Positions 28,505 to 37,780 of a stretch of 64,000 nucleotides of DNA are shown here, piece after piece. How positions within the stretch are numbered: the first letter of the stretch is position 1; each line of letters begins with the position of its first letter. The stretch comes from an uncultured Acidobacteriota bacterium (GTDB taxonomy: Bacteria > Acidobacteriota > Vicinamibacteria > Vicinamibacterales > UBA2999), in NCBI GenBank assembly GCA_963807405.1, contig CAWEBU010000006.1, forward strand, positions 615,733 to 679,732, in the 5' to 3' direction. The position numbers and the translations under genes were made by a program. The notes under the pieces are model-generated. The model was not told the DNA's origin and did no database searches. It saw only the letters and a program-made list of their open reading frames with translations.

Positions 28505-29257
28505 TTAGAAGTCGAACCAGAGCAGCACGGCGAAGACGATCACCGTGGCGGTCACGACTCGCTGAATCCACGCGTGTCCCTGCGTCACGGCCAGCCGCAC
28601 GCCGACCATCGCGCCGGCGATGTTGCCGGCGCCGAGCGCCAGGCCGTAGCCCCAGCGGACCACGCCGCCCGACGCGAAGATGGCCAGCGACAGCACCGTC
28701 AGCAGCAGCACCGAGAGCAGCTTGACGGCGTTGCCCTTGACGAGGTTCATGCCGGCGGCGCTCGTGGCGGCCAGCACGGCGAAGCCGACCCCCGCCTGAA
28801 TCAGGCCCCCGTAGACGCCGATGCCGAAGAACGCCAGCATCGTGCCGGGATGCCACGGCGAGCCGACTTCCTCCTCGCCCTGCGGCCGTGGCGAACGCGT
28901 CACCGTCCACAGCGTCATCGCCAGCATGGCAATCGACAGGAGCCGGCGGAAGCCGAGGTCCGACATCTGCAGCGCCCACCACGACCCGAGACCGGCACCG
29001 ATGAGGGCGGGCACGCTGACGGTCAGGCCCCAGCGCCAGTCCATCGCCCGTGACCGGTGGAACCCGACGACCCCGGTCACGTTCTGCGCCAGCACCCCGA
29101 CACGATTGGTGCCGTTGGCTTCGGCGGCCGGCAAGCCGAGGAAGAGCAGCGCCGGCAGCGTGATGAACGAGCCGCCGCCGGCCACCACGTTGAGGGCGCC
29201 GGCAACGAGACCAACGACGAAGAGACCTGCCAGGGGCAGGAGATCGGTGACCAGCAC
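28505..29257 (-). CDS. TauE/SafE-family anion exporter
   Basis: 250 aa with about 8 hydrophobic helices and glycine-rich motifs (VAGGGSFITLPAL; GIGVYGG). Confidence 0.8.
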   Translation of the reverse strand: MLVTDLLPLAGLFVVGLVAGALNVVAGGGSFITLPALLFLGLPAAEANGTNRVGVLAQNVTGVVGFHRSRAMDWRWGLTVSVPALIGAGLGSWWALQMSDLGFRRLLSIAMLAMTLWTVTRSPRPQGEEEVGSPWHPGTMLAFFGIGVYGGLIQAGVGFAVLAATSAAGMNLVKGNAVKLLSVLLLTVLSLAIFASGGVVRWGYGLALGAGNIAGAMVGVRLAVTQGHAWIQRVVTATVIVFAVLLWFDF

Positions 29258-29267
29258 GGGCCGCTAG

Positions 29268-29273
29268 TATAGT
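29268..29273 (+). promoter_or_regulatory. -10-like hexamer TATAGT 6 nt before ATG 29280 (possible leaderless transcript)
   Basis: There is no Shine-Dalgarno sequence between the hexamer and the ATG. Confidence 0.35.
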
Positions 29274-29279
29274 GGCCGC

Positions 29280-30173
29280 ATGCAGCAACGGATGCTCGGC
29301 CGTGCCGTGACGATCGCGATGACGCTCGTGGCCGGCGCGGCCACCGTGGCGGCGCAGACACCGCCGCCGGCGACCGACATCTTCCTCGCGCCGATCCGGC
29401 TGCTGGCGTCCGCGCCCACGATGGGGCCGGCGCGCGTCGCGTCGGAGAATGCCAGGGGCTATGACAACCAGCCGTTCTTCGGGCCGGACGGCCGCGCCAT
29501 GCTGTTCACGTCCAACCGCGACGGCAAGCAGTCCGACATCTACTTTCTCGAGCTGCAGACCCGCCAGATCCGCCAGTTCACCGACACGCCCGAGTCCGAG
29601 TACTCGCCGAACATCATGCCCGACGATGCCGGCATCTCCGTCATCCGCGTGGAAGCCGATGGCACGCAGCGCGTGTGGCGTTTCGACGAGGGCGGCGGCG
29701 CGCCCACGGTGGTCGCGCCCGCCATCAAGCCCGCCGGGTATCACCTCTGGATCGACAGCGGGCGGCTGGCCGTCTACGTGCTGGGGACACCCGCCACGCT
29801 GCAGATGGTGGACATCGCCAAGGGCTCGGCGCGGGTGATCGCCACCGATGTCGGGCGCTCGCTCCAGCGCCGACCCGGCGGCGGGCTCTCGTTCGTGCAG
29901 CGCGAGGGAGAGACCTGGCGGATCAAGGAATGGCTGCCCGCGACCGGCGAGATCCGCGACCTGGTGCCGGCGCTCTCCGGCAGCGCCGAGCGCGACACGG
30001 CCTGGGCGCCCGATGGCACGCTGTTCATGACCAGGGACGGCGACGTCCACTGGTGGCGGCCCGGCCAGGAGGGCTGGACGCTGCTGGCCGAGCCCGGAAT
30101 CGGGGCGCTGTCGCGTCTGGCGGTCTCGCCTGACGGGCGCTGGCTGGCCCTGGTGGCGGCGGAGAAGCCGTAG
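29280..30173 (+). CDS. exported PD40/TolB-like beta-propeller repeat protein
   Basis: Signal peptide present. NQPFFGPDGRAMLFTSNRDGKQSDIYF and LAVSPDGRWLA are PD40-type repeats. Confidence 0.7.
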   Translation: MQQRMLGRAVTIAMTLVAGAATVAAQTPPPATDIFLAPIRLLASAPTMGPARVASENARGYDNQPFFGPDGRAMLFTSNRDGKQSDIYFLELQTRQIRQFTDTPESEYSPNIMPDDAGISVIRVEADGTQRVWRFDEGGGAPTVVAPAIKPAGYHLWIDSGRLAVYVLGTPATLQMVDIAKGSARVIATDVGRSLQRRPGGGLSFVQREGETWRIKEWLPATGEIRDLVPALSGSAERDTAWAPDGTLFMTRDGDVHWWRPGQEGWTLLAEPGIGALSRLAVSPDGRWLALVAAEKP

Positions 30174-30293
30174 CCCCGAGGCGGGCCGAAGGGAGAAAGG
30201 GGTGGCGTGAGCCGGACCGAGACGTTAAACTCTTCGGGTATCGATCATATTCACTGTTGACATCGACGCCGTGAAGGCGCAGGAGGACACACT

Positions 30294-31469
30294 ATGTCGC
30301 TGACACGACGGCGACTCTTCGCCGGGATGTTCGAGCCCTCGCAGAACGAGTGGCTCTCGGCCCGAGGCCGTGAAGCCATGGTGGCTGGCCACTCCGAGGC
30401 CCAGATGGGCGCGCCCGGCGCGAAGTTGATTCGCATCTCGAGTAACGAAAACCCGCTCGGTCCCGGGAAGCACGTGGTGGACGCCATCACGGGCACCTTC
30501 GACGAGGCGGCCCGCTACCCGTTCAACGCCAGCAAGACCGAGGCCGCCCTCGTCGGCGGCCTGGCCAAGATGTACGGCGCCAAGAACGAGCAGATCGTGC
30601 TCGGGCCGGGGTCGGGCGAGATCCTGACGCACTCGGTGCGTGCCTTCACCTCGCCAACCCGTCCGCTCGTCACCGCCTGGCCGTCGTTCGAGAATCCGCG
30701 CGACACGGCCAAGAAGCTCGGCACGCCGGTGCGCGAGGTGGGCTTCGACGCGGGGCTCAAGATCGACCTGGCGAAGATGGTCGAGGCGTCCAAGGGCGCC
30801 GGGCTGGTCTTCTTCTGCAATCCCAACAATCCGACGGCGACGGTGCACGGCAAGACCGCCGTGGCCGACATGGTGAAGGCCATTCGCGCGGCCTCGCCCG
30901 ACACCGTCATCCTCATCGACGAGGCGTATCACGACTATGTGACCGACCCGTCGTACAGCTCGGCCATCGACCTGGCCCTGTCGACGCCCAACGTCTTCGT
31001 CGCCCGCACCTTCTCGAAGGCGTACGGCATGGCGGGGCTGCGCGCCGGCTACGCCATCGGCCACGCCGACGCGATCAAGGCGGTCCGCGCCTTCAAGATG
31101 CCGTACGGCCTCGGCACCCTGACGCTCGCCGGTGCCGTGACGGGGCTCGCCAACCAGGCGCACATCGACGCCGAACGCGCCCGCAACACCGAGGTGCGCG
31201 CCTTCACGACCAAGGCGTTCGCCGACATGGGCGTGACCGGCACCGATTCGCAGACCAACTTCCTGTTCATGGACATCAAGCGGCCCGCCGCGGGATTCCG
31301 TGACGCCTGCCGCGAGGCTGGCGTGCTGGTGGGCCGCGACTTCCCGCCGTTCGAGAAGAAGTACTGCCGCGTGTCGATTGGCACGATGGACGAGATGCAG
31401 CGTGCGGTGGCCGTGTTCAAGACCGTGCTCGGAGGCGCCACCAGCACCTCCAGACAGGCGGGGCGCTAA
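30294..31469 (+). CDS. HisC-like class-II PLP aminotransferase with RR-containing N-terminus
   Basis: SSNENPLGP, FCNPNNPT and the PLP-lysine motif RTFSKAYGMAGLRAGY. The N-terminus MSLTRRRLFAGMF has a twin-arginine motif but a weak hydrophobic region. Confidence 0.85.
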   Translation: MSLTRRRLFAGMFEPSQNEWLSARGREAMVAGHSEAQMGAPGAKLIRISSNENPLGPGKHVVDAITGTFDEAARYPFNASKTEAALVGGLAKMYGAKNEQIVLGPGSGEILTHSVRAFTSPTRPLVTAWPSFENPRDTAKKLGTPVREVGFDAGLKIDLAKMVEASKGAGLVFFCNPNNPTATVHGKTAVADMVKAIRAASPDTVILIDEAYHDYVTDPSYSSAIDLALSTPNVFVARTFSKAYGMAGLRAGYAIGHADAIKAVRAFKMPYGLGTLTLAGAVTGLANQAHIDAERARNTEVRAFTTKAFADMGVTGTDSQTNFLFMDIKRPAAGFRDACREAGVLVGRDFPPFEKKYCRVSIGTMDEMQRAVAVFKTVLGGATSTSRQAGR

Positions 31470-31498
31470 CCGTGTCGACGACCAAGGAGGTTTCAACC

Positions 31499-32659
31499 AT
31501 GTCGCTCTCGCGACGTTCATTCGTGCACACGGTCGGCGCCGGTGCCGCCGGACTCTGGATCGCCGGCCGCGGCCGTGAAGGCTCGCTCTTCGGCGGGCAG
31601 ACGCTCTCCGCGCAGGGGATGTCCCCGTCCATCATCCTGTCGAGCAACGAGAACCCGCTCGGCTGTCACCGCGACGTGCTGGCCGGTGTCTCGGACAGCA
31701 TGAGCTCGGCCGGGCGCTACGCGTTCTCGGTCGCCGATGAGGTTCGCGGCATCGTCGCCAAGAAGCACAACGTCAAGCCCGAGAACGTGCTCCTCGGCGC
31801 CGGTTCGACGCAGATCCTGCGCACCTCCACGCACGTCTTCACCTCGAAGACGGCGGGGCTCGTGGCCGCGATTCCGGCCTACGAAGAGTGTGCCGACTAC
31901 GCGCGGCTGATGGGCCACCCGATCACCGGCGTGAAGCTCAACTCCGAGCTGAAGATGGACCTCGACGCGCTGCAGCAGGCGTCGAAGGGCGCCGGGCTGG
32001 TGTTCTACTGCAACCCCAACAACCCGGTGGCCACCGCCATCAGCGGCTCGGATACGAAGATGTATCTGACCACGCTGATGAAGCAGTCGCCGTCGACGAC
32101 GGTGCTGGTCGACGAGGCCTACTTCGAGTACGGCACGATGCCCGGCTACGAGACGATGATCCCGCTGGCCATCGAGAACCCGCGCGTCATCGTGGCGCGC
32201 ACCTTCTCGAAGTGCTTCGGCATGGCCGGGCTGCGCATCGGCTACGCCATCGCCCACAAGGACACCATCGCCAAGATGGCGGCCTGGGACGGCATCGACC
32301 AGATCAGCGTCATGGCGCTCTCCGGCGCCAAGGCGGCCCTGGCCGTGCCCGACAGCTGGGTCAAGGCCGAGCAGAAGCGCAACGCCGAGGCGCGCTCCTT
32401 CACCATGAAGTGGTTCTCGGATCACGGCTACACGCCGACCGACTCGCAGACCAACTTCATGTTCGTGGACATCAAGCGGCCGTCGCGCGGCTTCCGCGAG
32501 GACTGCCTCAAGGAAGGCGGCGTGCTCGTGGCCCGCGACTTCCCGCCCTACGAGAAGACGCACGTGCGGATCTCGGTGGGCACGATGGACGAGATGCAGA
32601 AGGCCGTGCAGGTCTTCGACCGCGTGCTGGCGAAGCCGGCGCGCGCCGCGGCCGCATAA
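31499..32659 (+). CDS. HisC-like class-II PLP aminotransferase with Tat signal peptide (paralog of the previous gene)
   Basis: ATG 31499 follows AAGGAGG. Tat signal MSLSRRSFVHTVGAGAAGLWIAG. Also SSNENPLGC, YCNPNNPV and RTFSKCFGMAGLRIGY. Confidence 0.85.
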   Translation: MSLSRRSFVHTVGAGAAGLWIAGRGREGSLFGGQTLSAQGMSPSIILSSNENPLGCHRDVLAGVSDSMSSAGRYAFSVADEVRGIVAKKHNVKPENVLLGAGSTQILRTSTHVFTSKTAGLVAAIPAYEECADYARLMGHPITGVKLNSELKMDLDALQQASKGAGLVFYCNPNNPVATAISGSDTKMYLTTLMKQSPSTTVLVDEAYFEYGTMPGYETMIPLAIENPRVIVARTFSKCFGMAGLRIGYAIAHKDTIAKMAAWDGIDQISVMALSGAKAALAVPDSWVKAEQKRNAEARSFTMKWFSDHGYTPTDSQTNFMFVDIKRPSRGFREDCLKEGGVLVARDFPPYEKTHVRISVGTMDEMQKAVQVFDRVLAKPARAAAA

Positions 32660-32777
32660 CCACCGATTGACAAATCGGCCCCACCGGCCGATAGTCCCGA
32701 CTGTCAACACCGGGCTTCTTTTCAACGCGCGAGCGAGGGAAGGAAGCCCGGTTGTCTTTTCCGGGGAGGATTCGGGC

Positions 32778-33608
32778 ATGGGCATGGGCAACATGGACAT
32801 TGACCGGCGCGCGTTCATCGCGAGCCTGGGCGGGTTGGCTGTCGTCGAGGCCATGGACCCGGAGTCGAAGGCGGAGGCGCTCGAGCACTACATGGTCGAG
32901 AAGCTCGACGCCGGTGCGACGAGCCCGCTGACGCTGGCCGAGGAGCAGGTCGTGCCGGCGCCGCCCGAGGCCACCGTGCGGCGCGGCGCGGGCAGCCTGT
33001 TCACCCCGCGCGGCCCCGCCGACGACCGCCGGATGCCGGTGCTGGCGCCGATGTCGAACAACGCCACACTGCTCGAGTTCTTCGAGAAGCGCTTCGCGCC
33101 CGCCAACCACGTGCTGCAGAGCGCGACCCGCGCCCTCAAGACCGGGATGAGCGAAGAGATCGTGATGGCCTGCCTGCTGCACGATGTCGTGCAGAACCTG
33201 GTCAAGGTCGATCACGGCTGGTGGGGCGCGCAGCTGGTCGAACCCTACGTGTCGGAGAAGGTCACCTGGGCCATCAAGTATCACCAGGCCCTGCGCTTCT
33301 ACCCTGACTCGGCACACGGCTACGAATACCCCGAGCTCTACACGCGCATCTACGGCAAGGACTACGAGCCGCAGCCGCACATCAAGGCGGCCTATGAGTT
33401 CGCGCGCAACCATAAGTGGTACTTCGAGGCCCGGATGGTGACGGTGAACGACCTCTACGCGTTCGACCCGAACGCGAAGGTGTCGATCGAGCCGTTCATC
33501 GACATCATCGGACGCCAGTTCAAGCAGCCGAAGGAAGGGCTGGGGAACGACAACAGCGGCACCGCGCACATGTGGCGCACGATGATGTTCCCGGACAACC
33601 CGCTGTAG
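32778..33608 (+). CDS. HD-domain protein, MIOX-like, with Tat signal peptide
   Basis: ATG 32778 follows GGGGAGGA. Tat signal MDIDRRAFIASLGGLAVVEA. H...HD motif (NHVLQSA...CLLHDVVQ). IKYHQALRFYP and VNDLYAFD recall myo-inositol-oxygenase-type HD proteins (weak). Confidence 0.65.
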   Translation: MGMGNMDIDRRAFIASLGGLAVVEAMDPESKAEALEHYMVEKLDAGATSPLTLAEEQVVPAPPEATVRRGAGSLFTPRGPADDRRMPVLAPMSNNATLLEFFEKRFAPANHVLQSATRALKTGMSEEIVMACLLHDVVQNLVKVDHGWWGAQLVEPYVSEKVTWAIKYHQALRFYPDSAHGYEYPELYTRIYGKDYEPQPHIKAAYEFARNHKWYFEARMVTVNDLYAFDPNAKVSIEPFIDIIGRQFKQPKEGLGNDNSGTAHMWRTMMFPDNPL

Positions 33609-33664
33609 GTGGCGCGGACCGGCAACGGCCGGGCGGCCCTGGGCGGGAACGCGATACGATATCT

Positions 33665-33692
33665 ACGGGCGGGGGCCGCGGCCTCCGCCCGT
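33665..33692 (+). terminator. GC-rich hairpin downstream of the HD-protein gene
   Basis: ACGGGCGG-(ggccgcggcc)-CCGCCCGT. There is no clear U-tract. Confidence 0.3.
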
Positions 33693-33706
33693 TGCCGTAT
33701 CCACCC

Positions 33707-35032
33707 ATGAACGTTCCTCGCATCGTCCCGTTCTTCGCCGTCGCCGCGGCGCTCTGGCTCGGCGCCACCGGCATGGCGCTCCAGCGCTCGGACGCCTTCC
33801 CGGATTCGCGGCACCATCCCGCCATCAAGTACGGATCGACGGCCCCCTCCGACGTCGTCGCCAGGCTGAACGCGCGGCTCGAGCGCGGCGAGCTGAGCGC
33901 TCGCCTACGAGGCCGGCGGCCGCGGCTACCTGAAGGCCGTGCTGGCGGCGCTCGGCATCGACGAGAGCTCGCAGACCCTCGTCTACTCGGGCACCAGCCT
34001 GCAGGCGTCCTACATCTCGGCGGCCAATCCGCGCGCCATCTACTTCAACGACAACGTGTCGGTGGCGTGGATCCGCGGCGCGCCGCTCATCGAGCTGGCG
34101 GCGCAGGACGCGCGGCTCGGCACCGTCTTCTACCAGCTGTCGCAGACCGAGAGCGCCACCCCGCGGCCGTCGCGGATGGAGACGTGCCTGTCCTGCCACC
34201 TGTCGTGGGACACGCGGGCCGTGCCCGGGCGTGTTCGTGATGACGACGTTCCCGCGCAAGTCCGATCGCGACTACGCCAACGGCGGCGTCAGCGATCACC
34301 GGGAACCCGTCTCGACGCCGCTACGGCGGCTGGTACGTGACCGGCGCCAGGGTGCCGCCACGCCACATGGGCAACCAGCCGCTGATCGGGCCGCACGCGG
34401 CCGCCCCGGAGGCCACGCCGCCGCCGGCGGCGCTGACGACCCTGAAGGGGACCGGCCTGGTCCGCGACATCGACGACTACCTCACGCCGACGAGCGACAT
34501 CGCCGCCCTGGTCGTGCTCGAACATCAGCTCCACGCCATGAACCTCATGACCCGCACGGCCTGGGAGCATCGCCTCGTGGCCGGCGCCGACGCCGAGGCG
34601 GAGGTGGCGCCGGGACGCGAGCCGGCGCTGACGCCGCGCGTCGTCGAGGCGGTCGAGGAACTCGTCGACTACCTGGTGTTCGTGGATGAAGTGCCGCTCG
34701 GCACCGTGCGCGGCAATTCCGGCTTCACCGAGTGGTTCGCCGCGCAGGGGCCGCGCGACGGTGCCGGGCGGTCGCTGCGGGAGCTGACGCTCGACGGCCG
34801 CATGATGCGCTATCCGCTCAGCTACACGATCTACTCCGTGGCCTTCGAGGGCATGCCGCCGGCGGTGCGCCAGGCGACCTATCGCCGGCTGTGGCAGGTG
34901 CTCTCGGCGGCGCGCCCCGGCCCCAGATACGCGCACCTGACGGCAGCGGATCGCAAGGCGATGCTCGAGATCCTGCGCGCGACCAAGAGCGACCTGCCCG
35001 ACTACTTCTCGTCCACGCTGGCCCCGCGCTGA
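33707..35032 (+). pseudogene. exported CXXCH-motif protein (conserved hypothetical), three frameshifts
   Basis: Reading frames 33707, 33939, 34231 and 34337 in turn gives one coherent protein: ...LERGELS/AYEAGGRGYLKAVLAALGIDESSQ...CLSCHLSWDTRAVPG/VFVMTTFPRKSDRDYANGGVSDHREPVST/RYGGWYVTGARVPPRHMGNQ... Shifts lie near 33897-33905, 34224-34231 and 34315-34322. Confidence 0.6.
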
Positions 35033-35134
35033 GGCGGCCGGCGTCCCGCGACGCCGCCGTACAGACGACGGGCCGCAGCAGCGCTGTGGCTGCCGCGGCC
35101 CGCGTGATCGGACGGTCCAGACGCCGCGTGGCGG

Positions 35135-36296
35135 CTAGGCGATCATGACGCGCCGCACGTGCTGTGCGTTGTGCTCGAGGAACGACTTCTTGTTCTCGAG
35201 TTCCTTCTCGGTGGGCTGCACCAGGCCGGTGGCGTCGGTGACGCGCGAGACGATGGTGTGCTCGCCGGGCGTGGCGCCCTTCCAGTCGTAGTGGAACAGC
35301 TTCCACGAGTACTTCGTGTTCTGCTTGTCCATGGTCGCCGGCTGCCACGGGCCGTCGTCGACCTTGACCTCGACCGACTTGAGCGCCGTGCCGTCGTTGA
35401 GGACCACGCCGACCACCTTGTGGGTGTCGCCTTCCTTGGTGATGCGGGCCACGTAGGACTTGAGCTGCAGGTGGGTGACGGCGCTCTCCATCCACTTCAT
35501 CTCGCCGTTGATCATCTCGCCGCGGACGGTGCGGTACCAGCGCGCCTGGTACTTGCCGAGATACGGGTCCCGCTGCGCGACGATGTCGGACAGCCACTTG
35601 ACGTTGGCCACGCCGTACCAGCCGGGCACGATCAGGCGCACCGGGAAGCCCTGGTGACGGGTGAGCGGCTCGTCGTTGTAGGCGTAGGCCACCAGCGGCT
35701 CGGCCGACATGGCCTTGTCGCGCTGCAGGCTGCGGCCGAACTGCTGATCGAGGCTGTACTTCTGGGTGCGCCACTCGACCTCTTCGGTGCCGTGGTCGGC
35801 GCCGAGGAACACGATCTCGCGCGCGTCGGCTTTCACGCCCACGCTCTTCAGCAGCGTCGCCAGCGGCACGCCCGTCCACTTGCCGTTGCTGGCCAGGCCC
35901 TGCACCGGCGCGCGGTTGCCCGAGCACTCGAAGCCGAACATCACATCGCCCTTGGGCATCTTCTTGAGGTCGGCCACCGTGAACGCCTGCGGCGTCGCCG
36001 ACCAGGCCAGAGACGTTCAGCTTGAAGGTGGCTTCGTCGAGCACCGGGTGGCCGTAGTGCTGCGTGGTGAAGAACTGATCCCGGGGCGTCGCGAACGACG
36101 TCAGCGTGCGCGAGTCGAACAGCCGGCGGTCGGGCGCCGGGGTGGCGTTGAAGGTCTCCGGGAAATCGAGGAACGGCACGACCGCGGCGCCCTGGGCGAG
36201 CGCCGGCAGCACCCACTCGGGCACGCCAAGAACGCCGAGACTGGCTGCGGCCAAGCCGCCGCGAAGAACTTCACGCCTTGTGTGCTGCTCGCTCAT
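35135..36296 (-). pseudogene. sulfite-oxidase-family molybdopterin oxidoreductase (Tat signal), one frameshift near 35995-36003
   Basis: N-terminus MSEQHTRREVLRGGLAAASLG...FKLNVSGLV, then a frame change to ATPQAFTVADLKKMPKGDVMFGFECSGN...VPGWYGVANVKW. Length is 1162 nt, which is 3n+1. Confidence 0.75.
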
Positions 36297-36407
36297 GGTT
36301 CATCCCTTTCGCAGGCCGCATCTGCCGCCCGAATCGCCCATCAGGGTAGCTCGGCCGCTCGCGGCGCCGCAAGGCGAATCCAGCGCCGGTACAACCTGAT
36401 ACAAGGC

Positions 36408-37151
36408 CTACAGGTTGCTCGCCCGCACCTTCAGCTCCGCCCGGCGCGGGTCCGACAGCTGGCGGGGCCGCGCCGCGCCGCCGGCGGTGGTGGCGAGGCG
36501 CACCAGGGTTTCGAGCGTGCAGTAGATGGCGCCAATCCAGACCGGCGGGTTGGTGGTCGTGAGCCCGAACCACGGCTCCACCGTGTAGTAGCGCCAGCCG
36601 CCGAGCGCGGTGCCCTAGGCTTCGATGGCGAAGGCGAACAGGAAGAGCGTGGCGCACAGCCGCGGGTTGGCGCTGAAGCGGCAGGTAGGCCGCGAAGGCG
36701 GCGAACCACACGCAGCCCGAACGTGTCGTAGCCGCGCCAGGCGCCGTAGGCCACGACGGCCCCGAACAGGATGCGCCACCGCCCGCGGCAGCCAGGCGGG
36801 GGCGGCGCGGCTCATGCGGGCGGCGGCCGCGAAGACCAGGGCGTGGCCGGCGGGGATGAAGAGCGGGAGGTTGCCGAGCCGGTAGTCGTAGAGCCCCCAC
36901 ACGTCCTTCAGGAAGACCTCGCCGGCCGTGGCCAGCACCACGCAGGCGGCCAGCTCCATCCGGTGGCGGGGCGCCGAGTGGGCGGCGATCCACAGCAGCG
37001 CCGCCCAGCTCCAGGCCGAGACGACCGGCTGGGCCCAGGGCAGGGCAGTGGCGTCGAGCGCGATGCCGAGCGCGAGGGTGGCGACGACGAGGACCACGAC
37101 CCGGTGCGCGTGCGCCGCGACGGCCGGCGCCTGGTTCAGGGCAACCGGCAT
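36408..37151 (-). pseudogene. polytopic membrane protein, heavily disrupted (about 3 frameshifts at 36675-36790 plus in-frame TAG at 36615-36617)
   Basis: The frame-X product turns Arg-rich (RAVAHPVRGRRGLRRLARLRH). The alternative frames read LFGAVVAYGAWRGYDTFGL and CVWFAAFAAYL. After the TAG the same frame continues as GTALGGWRYYTVEPWFGLTTTNPPVWIGAIYCTLETL. Confidence 0.5.
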
Positions 37152-37179
37152 GCAGGCAGAATAATACGGAGGACCCGCC

Positions 37180-37596
37180 ATGGCCACCTTCACCGACTAC
37201 CTCTGGTTCACGACCGCCAACCGTCAGGAGTTCGTGCGCATCACCGACCAGGTGCGCGCCATCGTCGAGAAGAGCGGCATCCGCGACGGCATGGTGCTCG
37301 TGTCGGCCATGCACATCACGGCCGGCGTCTACGTGAACGACTGGGAGGACGGCTTGATCCACGACTTCCAGGTCTGGCTCGAGAAGCTGGCGCCGGCCGG
37401 GCTGCCGTATCGCCATCACCAGACCGGGGAGGACAACGCCGACGCCCACCTGAAGCGGACGCTGATGGGGCATCAGGTGATCGTGCCGATCACCAACGGC
37501 GACCTCGACCTCGGGCCGTGGGAGCAGGTGTTCTACGCCGAGTTCGACGGCCAGCGGAAGAAGCGGGTGGTCGTCAAGGTGATGGGCGAGCGGTAG
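37180..37596 (+). CDS. YjbQ/UPF0047 family protein (secondary thiamine-phosphate synthase-like)
   Basis: [36 protein letters not shown] and [14 protein letters not shown] are typical of the YjbQ family. Confidence 0.9.
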   Translation: MATFTDYLWFTTANRQEFVRITDQVRAIVEKSGIRDGMVLVSAMHITAGVYVNDWEDGLIHDFQVWLEKLAPAGLPYRHHQTGEDNADAHLKRTLMGHQVIVPITNGDLDLGPWEQVFYAEFDGQRKKRVVVKVMGER

Positions 37597-37694
37597 CGCG
37601 CGGGCGGCGCCTGGTGCCGATCCGTCGTGTCTGGCCCGGGGCACTCCCGACCGAGGGCCCGCCCATGTTACGATTCGTGGTTCTCACCACTCGC

Positions 37695-37769
37695 GTCCCC
37701 GTCGTCCAGAGGTCAGGACGTGGCCCTTTCAAGGCTAAAACACGGGTTCGAATCCCGTCGGGGACGCCA
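37695..37769 (+). tRNA. tRNA-Glu (anticodon TTC)
   Basis: 75-nt cloverleaf: acceptor GTCCCCG/CGGGGAC, D-stem GTCC/GGAC, anticodon stem TGGCC/GGCTA with loop CTTTCAA, T-arm ACGGG-TTCGAAT-CCCGT, encoded CCA. Close to E. coli tRNA-Glu. Confidence 0.9.
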
Positions 37770-37780
37770 ACTCCCTCGCA

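Noticed and set aside
36615-36617. In-frame TAG in the membrane-protein gene considered as possible pyrrolysine or programmed read-through
   Set aside because: The same gene also has about three frameshifts. There are no pyl genes or PYLIS-like context in view. Plain gene decay or sequence error is the simpler explanation.
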